The notes under the pieces: model-generated | The model's database searches: none | What the model saw: the letters and a program-made list of their open reading frames with translations, nothing else | Told to the model about the DNA's origin: nothing | Program-made: the position numbers and the translations under genes | NCBI GenBank assembly: GCA_038328135.1 | Contig: JBBQLR010000002.1 | Span: 12,936 to 76,935, forward strand | DNA length: 64,000 nucleotides | Source of the DNA: Patescibacteria group bacterium | GTDB lineage: Bacteria; Patescibacteriota; Microgenomatia; UBA1406; GWC2-37-13 | Direction: 5' to 3' | Part shown: piece by piece, positions 8,862 through 17,714 of the stretch | Layout of the letters: the number at the start of each line of letters is the position of its first letter | Numbering within the stretch: position 1 is the stretch's first letter

Positions 8862-11122
8862 AGTTGTTCTTTCAATAATTCAATAAAAAACACACGATCC
8901 GTCGACAAGTCAGTATTATAGAGGATTAGGCTATTTTTCACAAGGGGAGAAAAATTTGTATTGAGGAGATTCATATTTTTCGGGAGTCTCAGGGAAAAGT
9001 GGACATCATGTGAAAGTGCACCAATTTGTTTTTGGAGAACGAGTTGATATGTGGCCTTTCCTTTCTTAAATCGTATCGAAGAGGAGTAGGTGAGTGATAT
9101 AGTTTTTCTGGCTTGAGGAGGGATCTCAATGAGGAATCCGATAGTTTTTTGTTTTCCCAATTCTGAATCAAAGGAGCTTACCTGTTGTCCATCAATTTGG
9201 ATACCAAGAACAGGCGAATCTGGCGGAAGTAGAATCTGGAAATAATTGCGATACGCGCCTCCCGGAAAGACATCCGATAATGAATTGTTTATATATGTAA
9301 TGGAAAGATTTGTTGTGATAAGGCCGGCTTCATCAATGCTTGTTTTCACATCATATGATTTGTCAATGAAGAAATTGGTTTTATTCACCCCCAAGTTTGC
9401 GTCAATCGGAAATTGAAAATCTGCGTAACAATTATCTTTGGCAGATTCGGGGCAGAACGGAGTGGCGAGCCGGCCGCTCCAAAAGAGCTCGTCAAGGCTT
9501 TTTTGCAATTTTTCATTGTTCATAAACAACACCATATTTTTCTGATCAAACCCTTGAACAATCGCGGAGCTGAGAAGTAGGGGATTTGCCGTTTCCACCT
9601 TTGTCAGAAGCTGTTTTACAAGTGAAGAAAGGAAGCTTTTTTTCTGAGTTGATCCTGGAAAAAAATCATGTTCAACATAATACTGAGTTTTTATATAGAA
9701 ATTATCTTTAGTGATTTTCTCGTTATAATCGGGTAAAAGTATCTCACCGAAAGCCCCAATTATATCTTTCACAGCAGAAGTGGTAATGAGGGCTGCGCCG
9801 TTCCATGAACTGAGGCCCATCTCCTTTTGTAAAAAGAAAGACGCTTGTTGATAGGTGTCATAAAAGTCTGGAAAAAACGCACTATCCCTCAGGAACCAAT
9901 GGGGTTGATTCAAATAATCGCGAATCGGGTTTGGCGGCGCTACATGAGCAGTAAGTTGGCCATCTGCATCATAGACGTCATATATTTTAAATTCTTTTAT
10001 ACCAAAATATTGGGTTTTTAAAACACCGTAGGAACCAATAAATCCACCTCCGGGGCGCAATTCCATATTATTAGCAAAAAGTAGCATGATATTATGTTCT
10101 TCGGTTTCACCGAGGAGATCGGGCAGGAGTGTGAATACTTTCTTCGCTTTTCTTAATTGAGAAATCCCCTTTTGAAACTGATCTTTGTATTTATTAGAAA
10201 TGAAATAGGGTGGAATTTTTCGGTATATAGTAAGAATCTTATCTTCAGACATTGTTAGTAATTCTTGCACTGCATCATAGTGTTGACGAGTTAATTTACT
10301 AGTGGTTGCGTTTCTTGTCGATTGAAGCACAAGGCGTGAAAAAAGCTGGGACTCATCGGCAAGTTTTTCTAAAGTCAGGACTAAATCGGTCTCTGTATAG
10401 TTTACGACGAATAAATCATCCGGTAATTGAGCAAGAGAAAAAAATAAATAGAGAGGATGTACGGGTTTGTATAAAAGTGATGCAAGTGAAAGAAAAAAGC
10501 TTTTTTTCGCATCACTATCTTTTGCCTCAGAAATAGTATTTGCTTGGATTTGTTTGGCAGAATTAAACGAATACAGGCTGCTTATTCCGAGGGGCACCCA
10601 GAAGGAGAATAAATAAGCTAGTACAATGAGAATACCGATGAGTCGAATGAAGCGAATGGGCATAACGAAATGGAAGCGAATTGCTTTATGTTTTTTTGGC
10701 TTCGAAGGTGCCTGGAAAGTAGATTCAAGCGTAAGTGTTGGGGAATGGTTTTCCTGGGAAATGGCAAACCAGATAATGGTTTGAATTCGACTTACAGCAT
10801 ACTGAGGATTCCCAAGGATATTGATGATTTTTGAGTTTTTGGGAGGTTGGTGTGCCCGAATATGCTTTTTTTGAGAATGGAATAGAATATAGGTGGTGGG
10901 GAGCACATCCCCCATTTTTTTCAGTTTATTAGAAGAGTTTACAACAAAGCAGAGAGTAAACTGGGCAAGATCCTCTGGGATATGGGGAGAAATGAAAACG
11001 CGCATATCATGGGAGACTAAATGGGATTTTAATTGTTTGATAAAATCGTCATTTTCCTCTGTCACAATGAGTACTCTTTGTTTGTGAGTTGTTTGTTCTG
11101 TTACATAGTGAACCCTAGTCAT
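8858..11122 (-). CDS. large membrane-anchored protein, DUF4012-like
   Basis: One TM segment near residue 160 and the block LLFANNMELRPGGGFIGSYGVL, which I recognise as the DUF4012 hallmark. 4-nt overlap with rplY. Confidence 0.7.
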   Translation of the reverse strand: MTRVHYVTEQTTHKQRVLIVTEENDDFIKQLKSHLVSHDMRVFISPHIPEDLAQFTLCFVVNSSNKLKKMGDVLPTTYILFHSQKKHIRAHQPPKNSKIINILGNPQYAVSRIQTIIWFAISQENHSPTLTLESTFQAPSKPKKHKAIRFHFVMPIRFIRLIGILIVLAYLFSFWVPLGISSLYSFNSAKQIQANTISEAKDSDAKKSFFLSLASLLYKPVHPLYLFFSLAQLPDDLFVVNYTETDLVLTLEKLADESQLFSRLVLQSTRNATTSKLTRQHYDAVQELLTMSEDKILTIYRKIPPYFISNKYKDQFQKGISQLRKAKKVFTLLPDLLGETEEHNIMLLFANNMELRPGGGFIGSYGVLKTQYFGIKEFKIYDVYDADGQLTAHVAPPNPIRDYLNQPHWFLRDSAFFPDFYDTYQQASFFLQKEMGLSSWNGAALITTSAVKDIIGAFGEILLPDYNEKITKDNFYIKTQYYVEHDFFPGSTQKKSFLSSLVKQLLTKVETANPLLLSSAIVQGFDQKNMVLFMNNEKLQKSLDELFWSGRLATPFCPESAKDNCYADFQFPIDANLGVNKTNFFIDKSYDVKTSIDEAGLITTNLSITYINNSLSDVFPGGAYRNYFQILLPPDSPVLGIQIDGQQVSSFDSELGKQKTIGFLIEIPPQARKTISLTYSSSIRFKKGKATYQLVLQKQIGALSHDVHFSLRLPKNMNLLNTNFSPLVKNSLILYNTDLSTDRVFFIELLKEQL

Positions 11123-11126
11123 ACTG

Positions 11127-11136
11127 TATAATTATA
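11127..11136. promoter_or_regulatory. overlapping divergent -10 boxes in a 16-nt intergenic gap
   Basis: Plus strand: TATAAT 11127-11132, 6 nt before ATG 11139. Minus strand: TATAAT (plus 11131-11136), 8 nt before ATG 11122. No SD on either side. Confidence 0.5.
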
Positions 11137-11138
11137 TA

Positions 11139-11624
11139 ATGAATTTTGATCATAAAATCTTGTCCCTATCTTCTCTGGAGAAGAATGGATTAGATACTAA
11201 TAAGAAGATAGTTGTAGCAGGAGGGTGTTTTGATATTCTTCACTTCGGACATCTCACTTTCCTGCAAAAAGCCAAAAGCGCTGGGGATATTCTCGTCCTC
11301 CTTCTTGAGCCAAATGAGTTTATTTTGACAGTTAAAAAGAAAACGCCGGTCCATACCCAGCGTCAACGAGCAGAGATTCTCGCAGCCATAGGATATGTTG
11401 ATTATGTTATACTGTTGCCCTTGCTGAAGGATCCGAATAAGGATTATCCGGTTATAATTAAAGGATTACATCCAAGCGTTATAGCCCTTACAGAAGGAGA
11501 TCCGATATCAGCGCGAAAAAAAGAATTTGCACAATCTATCGGTGCGGAGACATTATCAATTCCTTATTTGTCCTCATTTTCCAGTTCACAGCTTATCACC
11601 TATGCGCCTATTTTTAGGGATTGA
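11139..11624 (+). CDS. cytidylyl/adenylyltransferase family protein (RfaE domain II / TagD-like)
   Basis: GGCFDILHFGHLTFL carries the HxGH nucleotidyltransferase signature; 161 aa. Confidence 0.75.
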   Translation: MNFDHKILSLSSLEKNGLDTNKKIVVAGGCFDILHFGHLTFLQKAKSAGDILVLLLEPNEFILTVKKKTPVHTQRQRAEILAAIGYVDYVILLPLLKDPNKDYPVIIKGLHPSVIALTEGDPISARKKEFAQSIGAETLSIPYLSSFSSSQLITYAPIFRD

Positions 11625-12135
11625 ACTCCCACAACCAGAACGAGAATCGTTGTATAAACAATTAATTCCTCTTATCAGAACCTATCCTGGATTTAGATGG
11701 GTTCATCCTGATACATATCACGCCACTTTTCAGTTTTTTGGGGAAATAGAGGATACGACAAAATTAATAGATTCAATAAAAACAACTCTGTATGACAAAG
11801 AGAGATTTACTCTCTACGGATTGGGGCTGGGGATGTTTCAAACAACAGAACTTGTTCTCCATATGACCTATCGAAGAGAAAAAAAGATTGACGACATCGT
11901 TCATTCGCTTGAGACGACGTATCCTATTTTCGTAAAACAAAGACCGTTCGTTTTCCATACAGCTATCGCGCGTGCACCTCGTTCTTCGAAACAACAGTTT
12001 TTTCTTTTGAGAAAAATACTTGATAAAGCAGAAATCGATATTTCCTATCCCGTCAATTCACTCACCTTATATTCAAGTTCCAAAAATAGTGAAGGAAGAA
12101 AGTTTATAAAAATAGAGGAATTCCCGCTAGTATAA
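11602..12135 (+). CDS. thpR: RNA 2',3'-cyclic phosphodiesterase (2H family, LigT/ThpR)
   Basis: Starts MRLFLGIELP. Two HxT/S motifs (HATFQF, HTAIAR). The track ORF from 11527 is an N-terminal over-extension in a different frame from the upstream gene. Confidence 0.8.
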   Translation: MRLFLGIELPQPERESLYKQLIPLIRTYPGFRWVHPDTYHATFQFFGEIEDTTKLIDSIKTTLYDKERFTLYGLGLGMFQTTELVLHMTYRREKKIDDIVHSLETTYPIFVKQRPFVFHTAIARAPRSSKQQFFLLRKILDKAEIDISYPVNSLTLYSSSKNSEGRKFIKIEEFPLV

Positions 12136-12140
12136 AACAA

Positions 12141-12173
12141 AAACCATTCTTTTTACAGAATGGCTTTTGTTTT
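12141..12173. terminator. bidirectional intrinsic terminator between convergent thpR and the DUF5679 gene
   Basis: Stem CCATTCT (12144-12150) / AGAATGG (12157-12163), 6-nt loop, A-run upstream and CTTTTGTTTT downstream, so there is a U tract on both strands. Confidence 0.75.
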
Positions 12174-12190
12174 GGATGGTAATGAATATC

Positions 12191-12337
12191 TTACTTGGAT
12201 CCAATTTTGTACATACCTGTTGCACAAGTTGGGCATTTTGCCTTCATTGCTGGTTTACCATTTTTCATGGTAACTTTTTCAGGATCTGTAACATCTTTTT
12301 TTGCTCGACATTTTACACAATACATTGATGTTGTCAT
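12191..12337 (-). CDS. small zinc-ribbon protein (DUF5679-like), 48 aa
   Basis: Not in the ORF track because it is under 60 aa. Translation: MTTSMYCVKCRAKKDVTDPEKVTMKNGKPAMKAKCPTCATGMYKIGSK. It has CxxC...CxxC and a strong SD GGAGGTG 9 nt upstream. Confidence 0.8.
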   Translation of the reverse strand: MTTSMYCVKCRAKKDVTDPEKVTMKNGKPAMKAKCPTCATGMYKIGSK

Positions 12338-12345
12338 AGGGTGGT

Positions 12346-12564
12346 TCACCTCCTTTCAAATAGACGAAGATAATAAATGAAATATAATGCAATTTCAAAT
12401 AGAGAAATAAAGAGCGCAAACAAAATACTTTTAGTCAAATCTTTTTTGAACATGGGATCCCCGGTTAAAAAATCATTATGAATCACAGTGGTTTGTGTTC
12501 CTTCGGAGACCTCTCTTATTTTCATCTGATTTCTAAGCTTGTGCAGCCGTGTTTTTTTAGGCAT
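12346..12564 (-). CDS. small single-pass membrane protein (72 aa), possibly translationally coupled to the zinc-ribbon gene
   Basis: One hydrophobic helix (ILFALFISLFEIALYFIYYL). Its TGA stop lies inside the SD of the downstream gene. TACAAT sits 6 nt upstream of its ATG. No homology recognised. Confidence 0.4.
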   Translation of the reverse strand: MPKKTRLHKLRNQMKIREVSEGTQTTVIHNDFLTGDPMFKKDLTKSILFALFISLFEIALYFIYYLRLFERR

Positions 12565-12570
12565 GGTGTA

Positions 12571-12611
12571 ATTGTAATCATATTGACAGCACTTTGTAAA
12601 GTGGATAAAAT
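12571..12611. promoter_or_regulatory. back-to-back divergent promoters
   Basis: Plus strand: TTGACA 12583-12588, 17 nt, TAAAAT 12606-12611, 7 nt, ATG 12619. Minus strand: TACAAT (plus 12571-12576), 6 nt, ATG 12564. Confidence 0.55.
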
Positions 12612-12618
12612 GAAAGGT

Positions 12619-13065
12619 ATGGTAGTGAATATCACGCTTGCACTAATGTTCGGATGGCTCGCTTTGGTTACTTTCGTTGTCCTGAAGCTGAGAAACCACT
12701 ATAGAAGGTTGACAAAAAGATCTGGCGTTCATTCAATTGACGCTATCCTTGATATGCTCCTTAGGGAAACTGAAAAGGGTGAAAATAGACAAGAACACCT
12801 CGAAAAGAAGATTCAAGAACTTCAGATTGCATCTGCCCATATGTATCGTAAAATAGGAATAGTACAGTTTCATGCACTTGGGAAAACAGAGGGAGAAAAA
12901 AGCCTCGTCATTGCGTTGTTGAATAATCTCCACAGCGGCATTGTTCTTGATTTTATGTATATCCCAGATGGCATACGAGTATATTCGAAGATAATTAAAG
13001 AAGGAAAAGGCGAAACACTTGAATTGACGAAAGAGGAAATGGAAGCGATTAATAAAGCGATGTAG
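12619..13065 (+). CDS. DUF4446-like membrane protein
   Basis: N-terminal TM, a coiled-coil, then IGIVQFHALGKTEGEKSLVIALLNNLHSGIVLDFMY...RVYSK...LTKEEMEAI, which fits the DUF4446 pattern. Start chosen from promoter geometry; an alternative ATG lies at 12610. Confidence 0.7.
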   Translation: MVVNITLALMFGWLALVTFVVLKLRNHYRRLTKRSGVHSIDAILDMLLRETEKGENRQEHLEKKIQELQIASAHMYRKIGIVQFHALGKTEGEKSLVIALLNNLHSGIVLDFMYIPDGIRVYSKIIKEGKGETLELTKEEMEAINKAM

Positions 13066-13099
13066 ATTCTATTACTAATTTTTTGTAAGATATATTTCT

Positions 13100-14275
13100 A
13101 TGGATATTAAAAAAGTAATTGGTTTGTCAGTTATATTGGCACTGGTTTCTTTTGGAGGTACATATGGAATAATGCAGGTAATCCAAACTTCAAAAAAAGC
13201 ATCTAGCACAAAAACAAACACAACTCCTTTAGAGGTGGTGGATACAGAACCCAAAACAGAAGCTTGCCCAATAAATGGACAAATGATGACAAAAACACAA
13301 AAAGATAAATGGGTAACGCGACGACCTCTTGGAATAATGATTGAAAATCATGTAGAAGCACGACCTCAATCGGGAATTTCTTCTGCAGATGTGGTTTATG
13401 AGGCAGTTGCTGAGGGTGGGATTACGCGATTTCTTTCCATCTTCTATTGCCAAGACGCTCCATTTGTTGGCCCTGTTCGTTCTGCTCGCGTTCATTTCAT
13501 GACAATGTTAAGAGAATATGGAGAATATCCATTGTACGGACATGTCGGCGGAGCAAACTGTGATGCTGAAACAGGATCTGGTTGTGCAAATGGAGCAAAG
13601 GCAGATGCTCTTGGAATAATCCGGAAACTAGGTTGGGACTCATATAACGACATGAATCAATTCGCTGTTCCCTTCCCGTATTATTGGAGGGACTATGAAA
13701 GACTACCGAATGTTGCGACCGAACACACAGTATATTCTTCAACAGCGAAACTGTGGGACTATGCAAAAACAAAACGACTCTTGACTAATGTAGACGAAGA
13801 AGGAGTTTCATGGGATAAAACATTTGAATCTTGGAAATTTGCCGATGATGCAAAAGTTTCAGAAAGAGGAATTACTAATAAAATTCAGTTTGGATTTTGG
13901 ACGAACTTAGCAAACGACTTTTCTGTGATTTGGAATTACAACAAAACAAACAATACATATGCACGTGTTGACGGTGGGAAACCACACCTTGACAAAAATA
14001 CCGGAAAACAACTCGAAGCAAAGAATATTGTTATAGTGTTCGCTAAAGAAAGCGCGGCAAATGATGGATACGAAGGTGGACATATTCTTTATGGTTTGAC
14101 AGGAACGGGAGACGCAATCGTTTTTCAAAACGGTAATGCGATAAAAGCGACGTGGAAAAAAGCAGATCCTGAAACAAGAATGAAGTGGTATGATGAGAAT
14201 GATAAAGAAATCACGATAGTCCGAGGGAAGGTATTTGTTGAAATACTTCCGATAGGGAATAAGGTGACTTATTAA
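13100..14275 (+). CDS. DUF3048 (YerB-like) secreted/lipoprotein-type protein
   Basis: N-terminal TM, then RRPLGIMIENHVEARPQSGISSADVVYEAVAEGGITRFLSIFY, the block characteristic of DUF3048. Confidence 0.75.
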   Translation: MDIKKVIGLSVILALVSFGGTYGIMQVIQTSKKASSTKTNTTPLEVVDTEPKTEACPINGQMMTKTQKDKWVTRRPLGIMIENHVEARPQSGISSADVVYEAVAEGGITRFLSIFYCQDAPFVGPVRSARVHFMTMLREYGEYPLYGHVGGANCDAETGSGCANGAKADALGIIRKLGWDSYNDMNQFAVPFPYYWRDYERLPNVATEHTVYSSTAKLWDYAKTKRLLTNVDEEGVSWDKTFESWKFADDAKVSERGITNKIQFGFWTNLANDFSVIWNYNKTNNTYARVDGGKPHLDKNTGKQLEAKNIVIVFAKESAANDGYEGGHILYGLTGTGDAIVFQNGNAIKATWKKADPETRMKWYDENDKEITIVRGKVFVEILPIGNKVTY

Positions 14276-14295
14276 TATCATCATTTGAATTATTT

Positions 14296-14871
14296 ATGTT
14301 AGCTGCAGTTATTCCCTCAAAGACGCGGAGAAAAATTCTCGAACTCTTTTTTACCCATCATACTGAGTTCTACTATCTAAGAAATATCGTTCGAGCAGTG
14401 GACGAAGAAGTAAACGCTGTGAAGAGAGAACTGGATATTTTGGAGAAAGCAAAAATCCTTTTCAAGGAAAAAAGGCTCAATAAATCTTTTTATACACTCA
14501 ATAAATCCTATATTTTTTATGAGGAGTTTCTTCGAATTTTCGCAAAGATGAGCTCGTTTCCGGTGGCAGTTCATGAAAATGCACCCCGGCTTGGTAAAAT
14601 TAAGTTTGCGGCTTTATCCGTCAAATTCATTAAGCAGCTACCAATAAAAAAAGATGAAGTATACTTTCTTCTAGTTGGGATGATAATAATACCCGAAATT
14701 GAAGCATTCATAAAGAAAATGGAAGAAAAAAATGGGAGACAAATTGATTATACAGTGATGACAGAAGACGAATTTATCTTCAGGAAACGGAACAATGATC
14801 CCTTTTTATGGCGTTTTTTGCGTACTCCAAAAATTATGATTTGCGGTTCTGAAGAAGAACTCATGAAATAA
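14296..14871 (+). CDS. hypothetical protein with an N-terminal winged-helix (ArsR-like) DNA-binding domain
   Basis: KTRRKILELFF...YYLRNIVRAVDEEVNAVKRELDILEKAKIL resembles a wHTH domain. The C-terminal domain is unassigned. Confidence 0.5.
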   Translation: MLAAVIPSKTRRKILELFFTHHTEFYYLRNIVRAVDEEVNAVKRELDILEKAKILFKEKRLNKSFYTLNKSYIFYEEFLRIFAKMSSFPVAVHENAPRLGKIKFAALSVKFIKQLPIKKDEVYFLLVGMIIIPEIEAFIKKMEEKNGRQIDYTVMTEDEFIFRKRNNDPFLWRFLRTPKIMICGSEEELMK

Positions 14872-14874
14872 CCT

Positions 14875-16224
14875 ATGAACAGTCGTCGAATTATTTATAT
14901 CGTTCTTCTTATTATTCTTATCGGGCTTTGTCTACCAGAAAATGTGCCGGTAAAATTTAATGTTAATAGATCTAAGGTAAACTTTACTATCAACCCGATT
15001 TCGTTAAACGCTTCTATCCTTGGAATACAAATAAAAAAAGAATTTAAGACTAAGCTTGGCCTTGATCTCAAAGGGGGAAGCCACCTTGTCTTTAAAGTGG
15101 ATACAAAAGGAATAAAATCAGAAGATGTAAAAGATGCCCTTGCATCGGCACGAGATATTATAGAAAAGCGAGTCAATTATTTCGGAGTATCAGAACCTCT
15201 TGTTCAGAATATTAAATCCGGTAACGAACAAAGGATAACTGTTGATTTGCCAGGACTTGAAAACGTTTCACAAGCCGTTGCCCTTATCGGCCAAACCGCA
15301 CAACTTCGTTTTATCGAAGAAGGGCCGATTGATCCAAAAATAGCCACAACGGCCTCGCTACTCGAACGACTTAATAAGGATACGGGTATGACGGGAAAAC
15401 ACGTAAAAAAAGCAGCCGTAGTATTTAATCCAGAGGATGGGAAGCCGCAGGTGTCGCTTACTTTTACTGCAGAAGGAGCAAAGCTATTTGAAGAGGTAAC
15501 GGGAAGAAATATCGGGAAACCAGTCGGCATTTTCTTGGATTATATGCCAATCTCAGCGCCCACTGTTCAACAAAAAATCGTAGACGGAAGTGCAGTCATA
15601 ACAGGTTCCTTTTCGACGGATGAAGCAAAAAAACTAGCGATTGCAATCAATTCTGGAGCCCTCCCTCTCCCTATTCAGCTTATTGAACAACGAAATATTG
15701 GACCGAGCCTTGGTGCGGAAGATATCCAGAAAAGTGTTATCGCTGGAGGCATTGGACTACTGATGGTTTGTATTTTTATGGTTGGGTATTACGGTAAACT
15801 GGGAGTTATATCTGTAGCGGCACTCGCACTCTACGGAATGCTTTCATTTGCTATGTTCAGAGCAATTCCAGTCGTTTTGACTTTACCTGGAATAGCTGGA
15901 TTTATTCTCTCAATTGGTATGGCAGTGGACTCCAATATTCTGATTTTTGAACGAATCAAGGAAGAGCAAAGAAAAGGCAAAGACTTTAAAACCGCAATAA
16001 AACTAGGATTTGGACGGGCATTGGACGCTATAAAAGATGCTAATATCACTACTATGCTTGTTGCATTTATATTGTTCAACCCTCTAAATTGGGAGTTTCT
16101 TCCTCAATTTGGAATGGTAAGAGGATTTGCACTCACTCTTGGAATCGGAGTAGCCACAAGTCTTTTTACAGGAGTTGTTATTACAAAACGCTTAATTCAA
16201 ACATTTTATAAAAAAGAAATATGA
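14875..16224 (+). CDS. secD: protein translocase subunit SecD
   Basis: N-terminal TM, periplasmic domain with LGLDLKGGSHLVF, and six C-terminal TMs. 4-nt overlap with secF. Confidence 0.9.
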   Translation: MNSRRIIYIVLLIILIGLCLPENVPVKFNVNRSKVNFTINPISLNASILGIQIKKEFKTKLGLDLKGGSHLVFKVDTKGIKSEDVKDALASARDIIEKRVNYFGVSEPLVQNIKSGNEQRITVDLPGLENVSQAVALIGQTAQLRFIEEGPIDPKIATTASLLERLNKDTGMTGKHVKKAAVVFNPEDGKPQVSLTFTAEGAKLFEEVTGRNIGKPVGIFLDYMPISAPTVQQKIVDGSAVITGSFSTDEAKKLAIAINSGALPLPIQLIEQRNIGPSLGAEDIQKSVIAGGIGLLMVCIFMVGYYGKLGVISVAALALYGMLSFAMFRAIPVVLTLPGIAGFILSIGMAVDSNILIFERIKEEQRKGKDFKTAIKLGFGRALDAIKDANITTMLVAFILFNPLNWEFLPQFGMVRGFALTLGIGVATSLFTGVVITKRLIQTFYKKEI

Positions 16225-17090
16225 TCCGCTTTCACAGATATACTTGGCTATATGTGACAATTTCAACGATTATTATCGTATTAGGATTATTTTCTATCTT
16301 CCGATTTGGATATCGTTACTCGATAGATTTTACGGGTGGATCTACCATGAGTTTTAAGCTGAGCAAACCTGTTCAAACAAAAGACGTGGAAAAAATCCTC
16401 ACTTCGATGAAGCTCAAAGCCGTTCATATATCAATGCAGGGTAACGTTTTGGACATCCAAACAAATGCACTCACCGATACACAGGAGAAAAAAATACAGG
16501 AAGAGGTAATGAAAATCAACAAAACTCAACTAACAACATTGAAGTACGAAACTGTTGGTCCAACCCTTGGTAAAGAAACAGGGCAAAAAACGATAATAGC
16601 TGCAATACTAGCGATTTGTGGCATTTTGATTTATATGAGCTTTTCTTTCAAGAATTTCAATTTTGCACTTGCTGCAGTGCTCGCCACAGTTCATGACTTT
16701 TTTGTATTATTAGGTACGTATTCTATACTCTCTTATTTCTTTGGAGCGGAATTTGATCTCATGTTTGTTACTGCACTCCTCACAACGATGTCATTTTCCG
16801 TACATGACACGATTGTCATCTTCGATAAAATTCGGGAATATCTTAAGACATCCAACAAAAGTAGTTCAATAGAAGACTTGTCAGACAAAGCTATTAGTGA
16901 AACAATGGTTCGTTCAATCAATAATTCGCTCACGATTTTCTTTATGCTTTCCGCTCTTCTTCTTATGGGAGGGGCAACAATCCGATTCTTTATTGCTGCA
17001 TTATGGATTGGGACAGTGACGGGAGCATATTCCTCCCCATTCGTAGCTACACCTTTGTTGATTTTGCTTGAGAAGAGGAAAAAAGAATAA
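16221..17090 (+). CDS. secF: protein translocase subunit SecF
   Basis: YSIDFTGGS motif and SecF-type TM bundle immediately after secD. Confidence 0.9.
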   Translation: MIRFHRYTWLYVTISTIIIVLGLFSIFRFGYRYSIDFTGGSTMSFKLSKPVQTKDVEKILTSMKLKAVHISMQGNVLDIQTNALTDTQEKKIQEEVMKINKTQLTTLKYETVGPTLGKETGQKTIIAAILAICGILIYMSFSFKNFNFALAAVLATVHDFFVLLGTYSILSYFFGAEFDLMFVTALLTTMSFSVHDTIVIFDKIREYLKTSNKSSSIEDLSDKAISETMVRSINNSLTIFFMLSALLLMGGATIRFFIAALWIGTVTGAYSSPFVATPLLILLEKRKKE

Positions 17091-17099
17091 TCAATCGCA

Positions 17100-17714
17100 A
17101 TGAAAATCCATACCTATACGCTCGGGGAGCTTCAGGCAAACTGCTATCTTATTGAAGAAGAGGGGAAAGCCCTTATAATAGACCCAGCTGATGACGCCAG
17201 CTTTCTTTTGGAGGAAGTACAAAGGAAGAATCTCGAGTTGGTTGGGCTTTTCGCTACACATGGTCATTTTGACCACGTGATGGCAGTAGGGGAGATACAG
17301 ATGAGCTTTGACGTCCCTTTATATATCCACAAAAAAGACAAATTTCTCATAGATAGACTGGAAAGTACTGCAGAGCATTTTCTTGGCCACAAACAAATCA
17401 TCATCCCCCCGACCAACATACACTATATTTCTTCGGATGAATTTCAAATTTTAAATTCCAAATTTCAAATTTTCCATACCCCCGGCCATACGCCAGGTGG
17501 AGTCAGTTTTTATTCCCCTGGAGAACAAGCCATTTTTACTGGGGATACATTGTTTGCAGGAGCAATTGGGAGAACTGATTTATCATATAGTAATAAGACA
17601 GATTTATGGAGCTCGCTGAGAGTAATTCTTGCTCTTCCTGAAGAAACCGTTATCTATCCGGGACATGGAGAGTCAACATATATCGGAGAAGAAAAAGATA
17701 TAATTCAACCTTGA
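17100..17714 (+). CDS. MBL-fold metallo-hydrolase (glyoxalase II-like)
   Basis: THGHFDH metal motif, HTPGHTPG, and TGDTLF...GR.D. Confidence 0.85.
   Translation: MKIHTYTLGELQANCYLIEEEGKALIIDPADDASFLLEEVQRKNLELVGLFATHGHFDHVMAVGEIQMSFDVPLYIHKKDKFLIDRLESTAEHFLGHKQIIIPPTNIHYISSDEFQILNSKFQIFHTPGHTPGGVSFYSPGEQAIFTGDTLFAGAIGRTDLSYSNKTDLWSSLRVILALPEETVIYPGHGESTYIGEEKDIIQP

Noticed and set aside
11527-11601. N-terminal extensions offered by the ORF track: 11527 for thpR, 32751 for the GNAT-like gene, 43560 for the small membrane protein, 51571 and 51580 for the membrane protein and tuf, 57970 for rplX, 21153 for grpE, and 40343 and 23771 TTG starts.
   Set aside because: The extensions overlap upstream genes, begin at non-ATG codons or add non-homologous residues. 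Internal ATGs match the conserved N-termini and have either promoter-proximal (leaderless) or SD context.
12195-12380. Track ORF 12195..12380 (+, 61 aa).
   Set aside because: The opposite strand encodes a zinc-ribbon protein with a perfect SD and family-like sequence. The plus-strand ORF is its antisense shadow.
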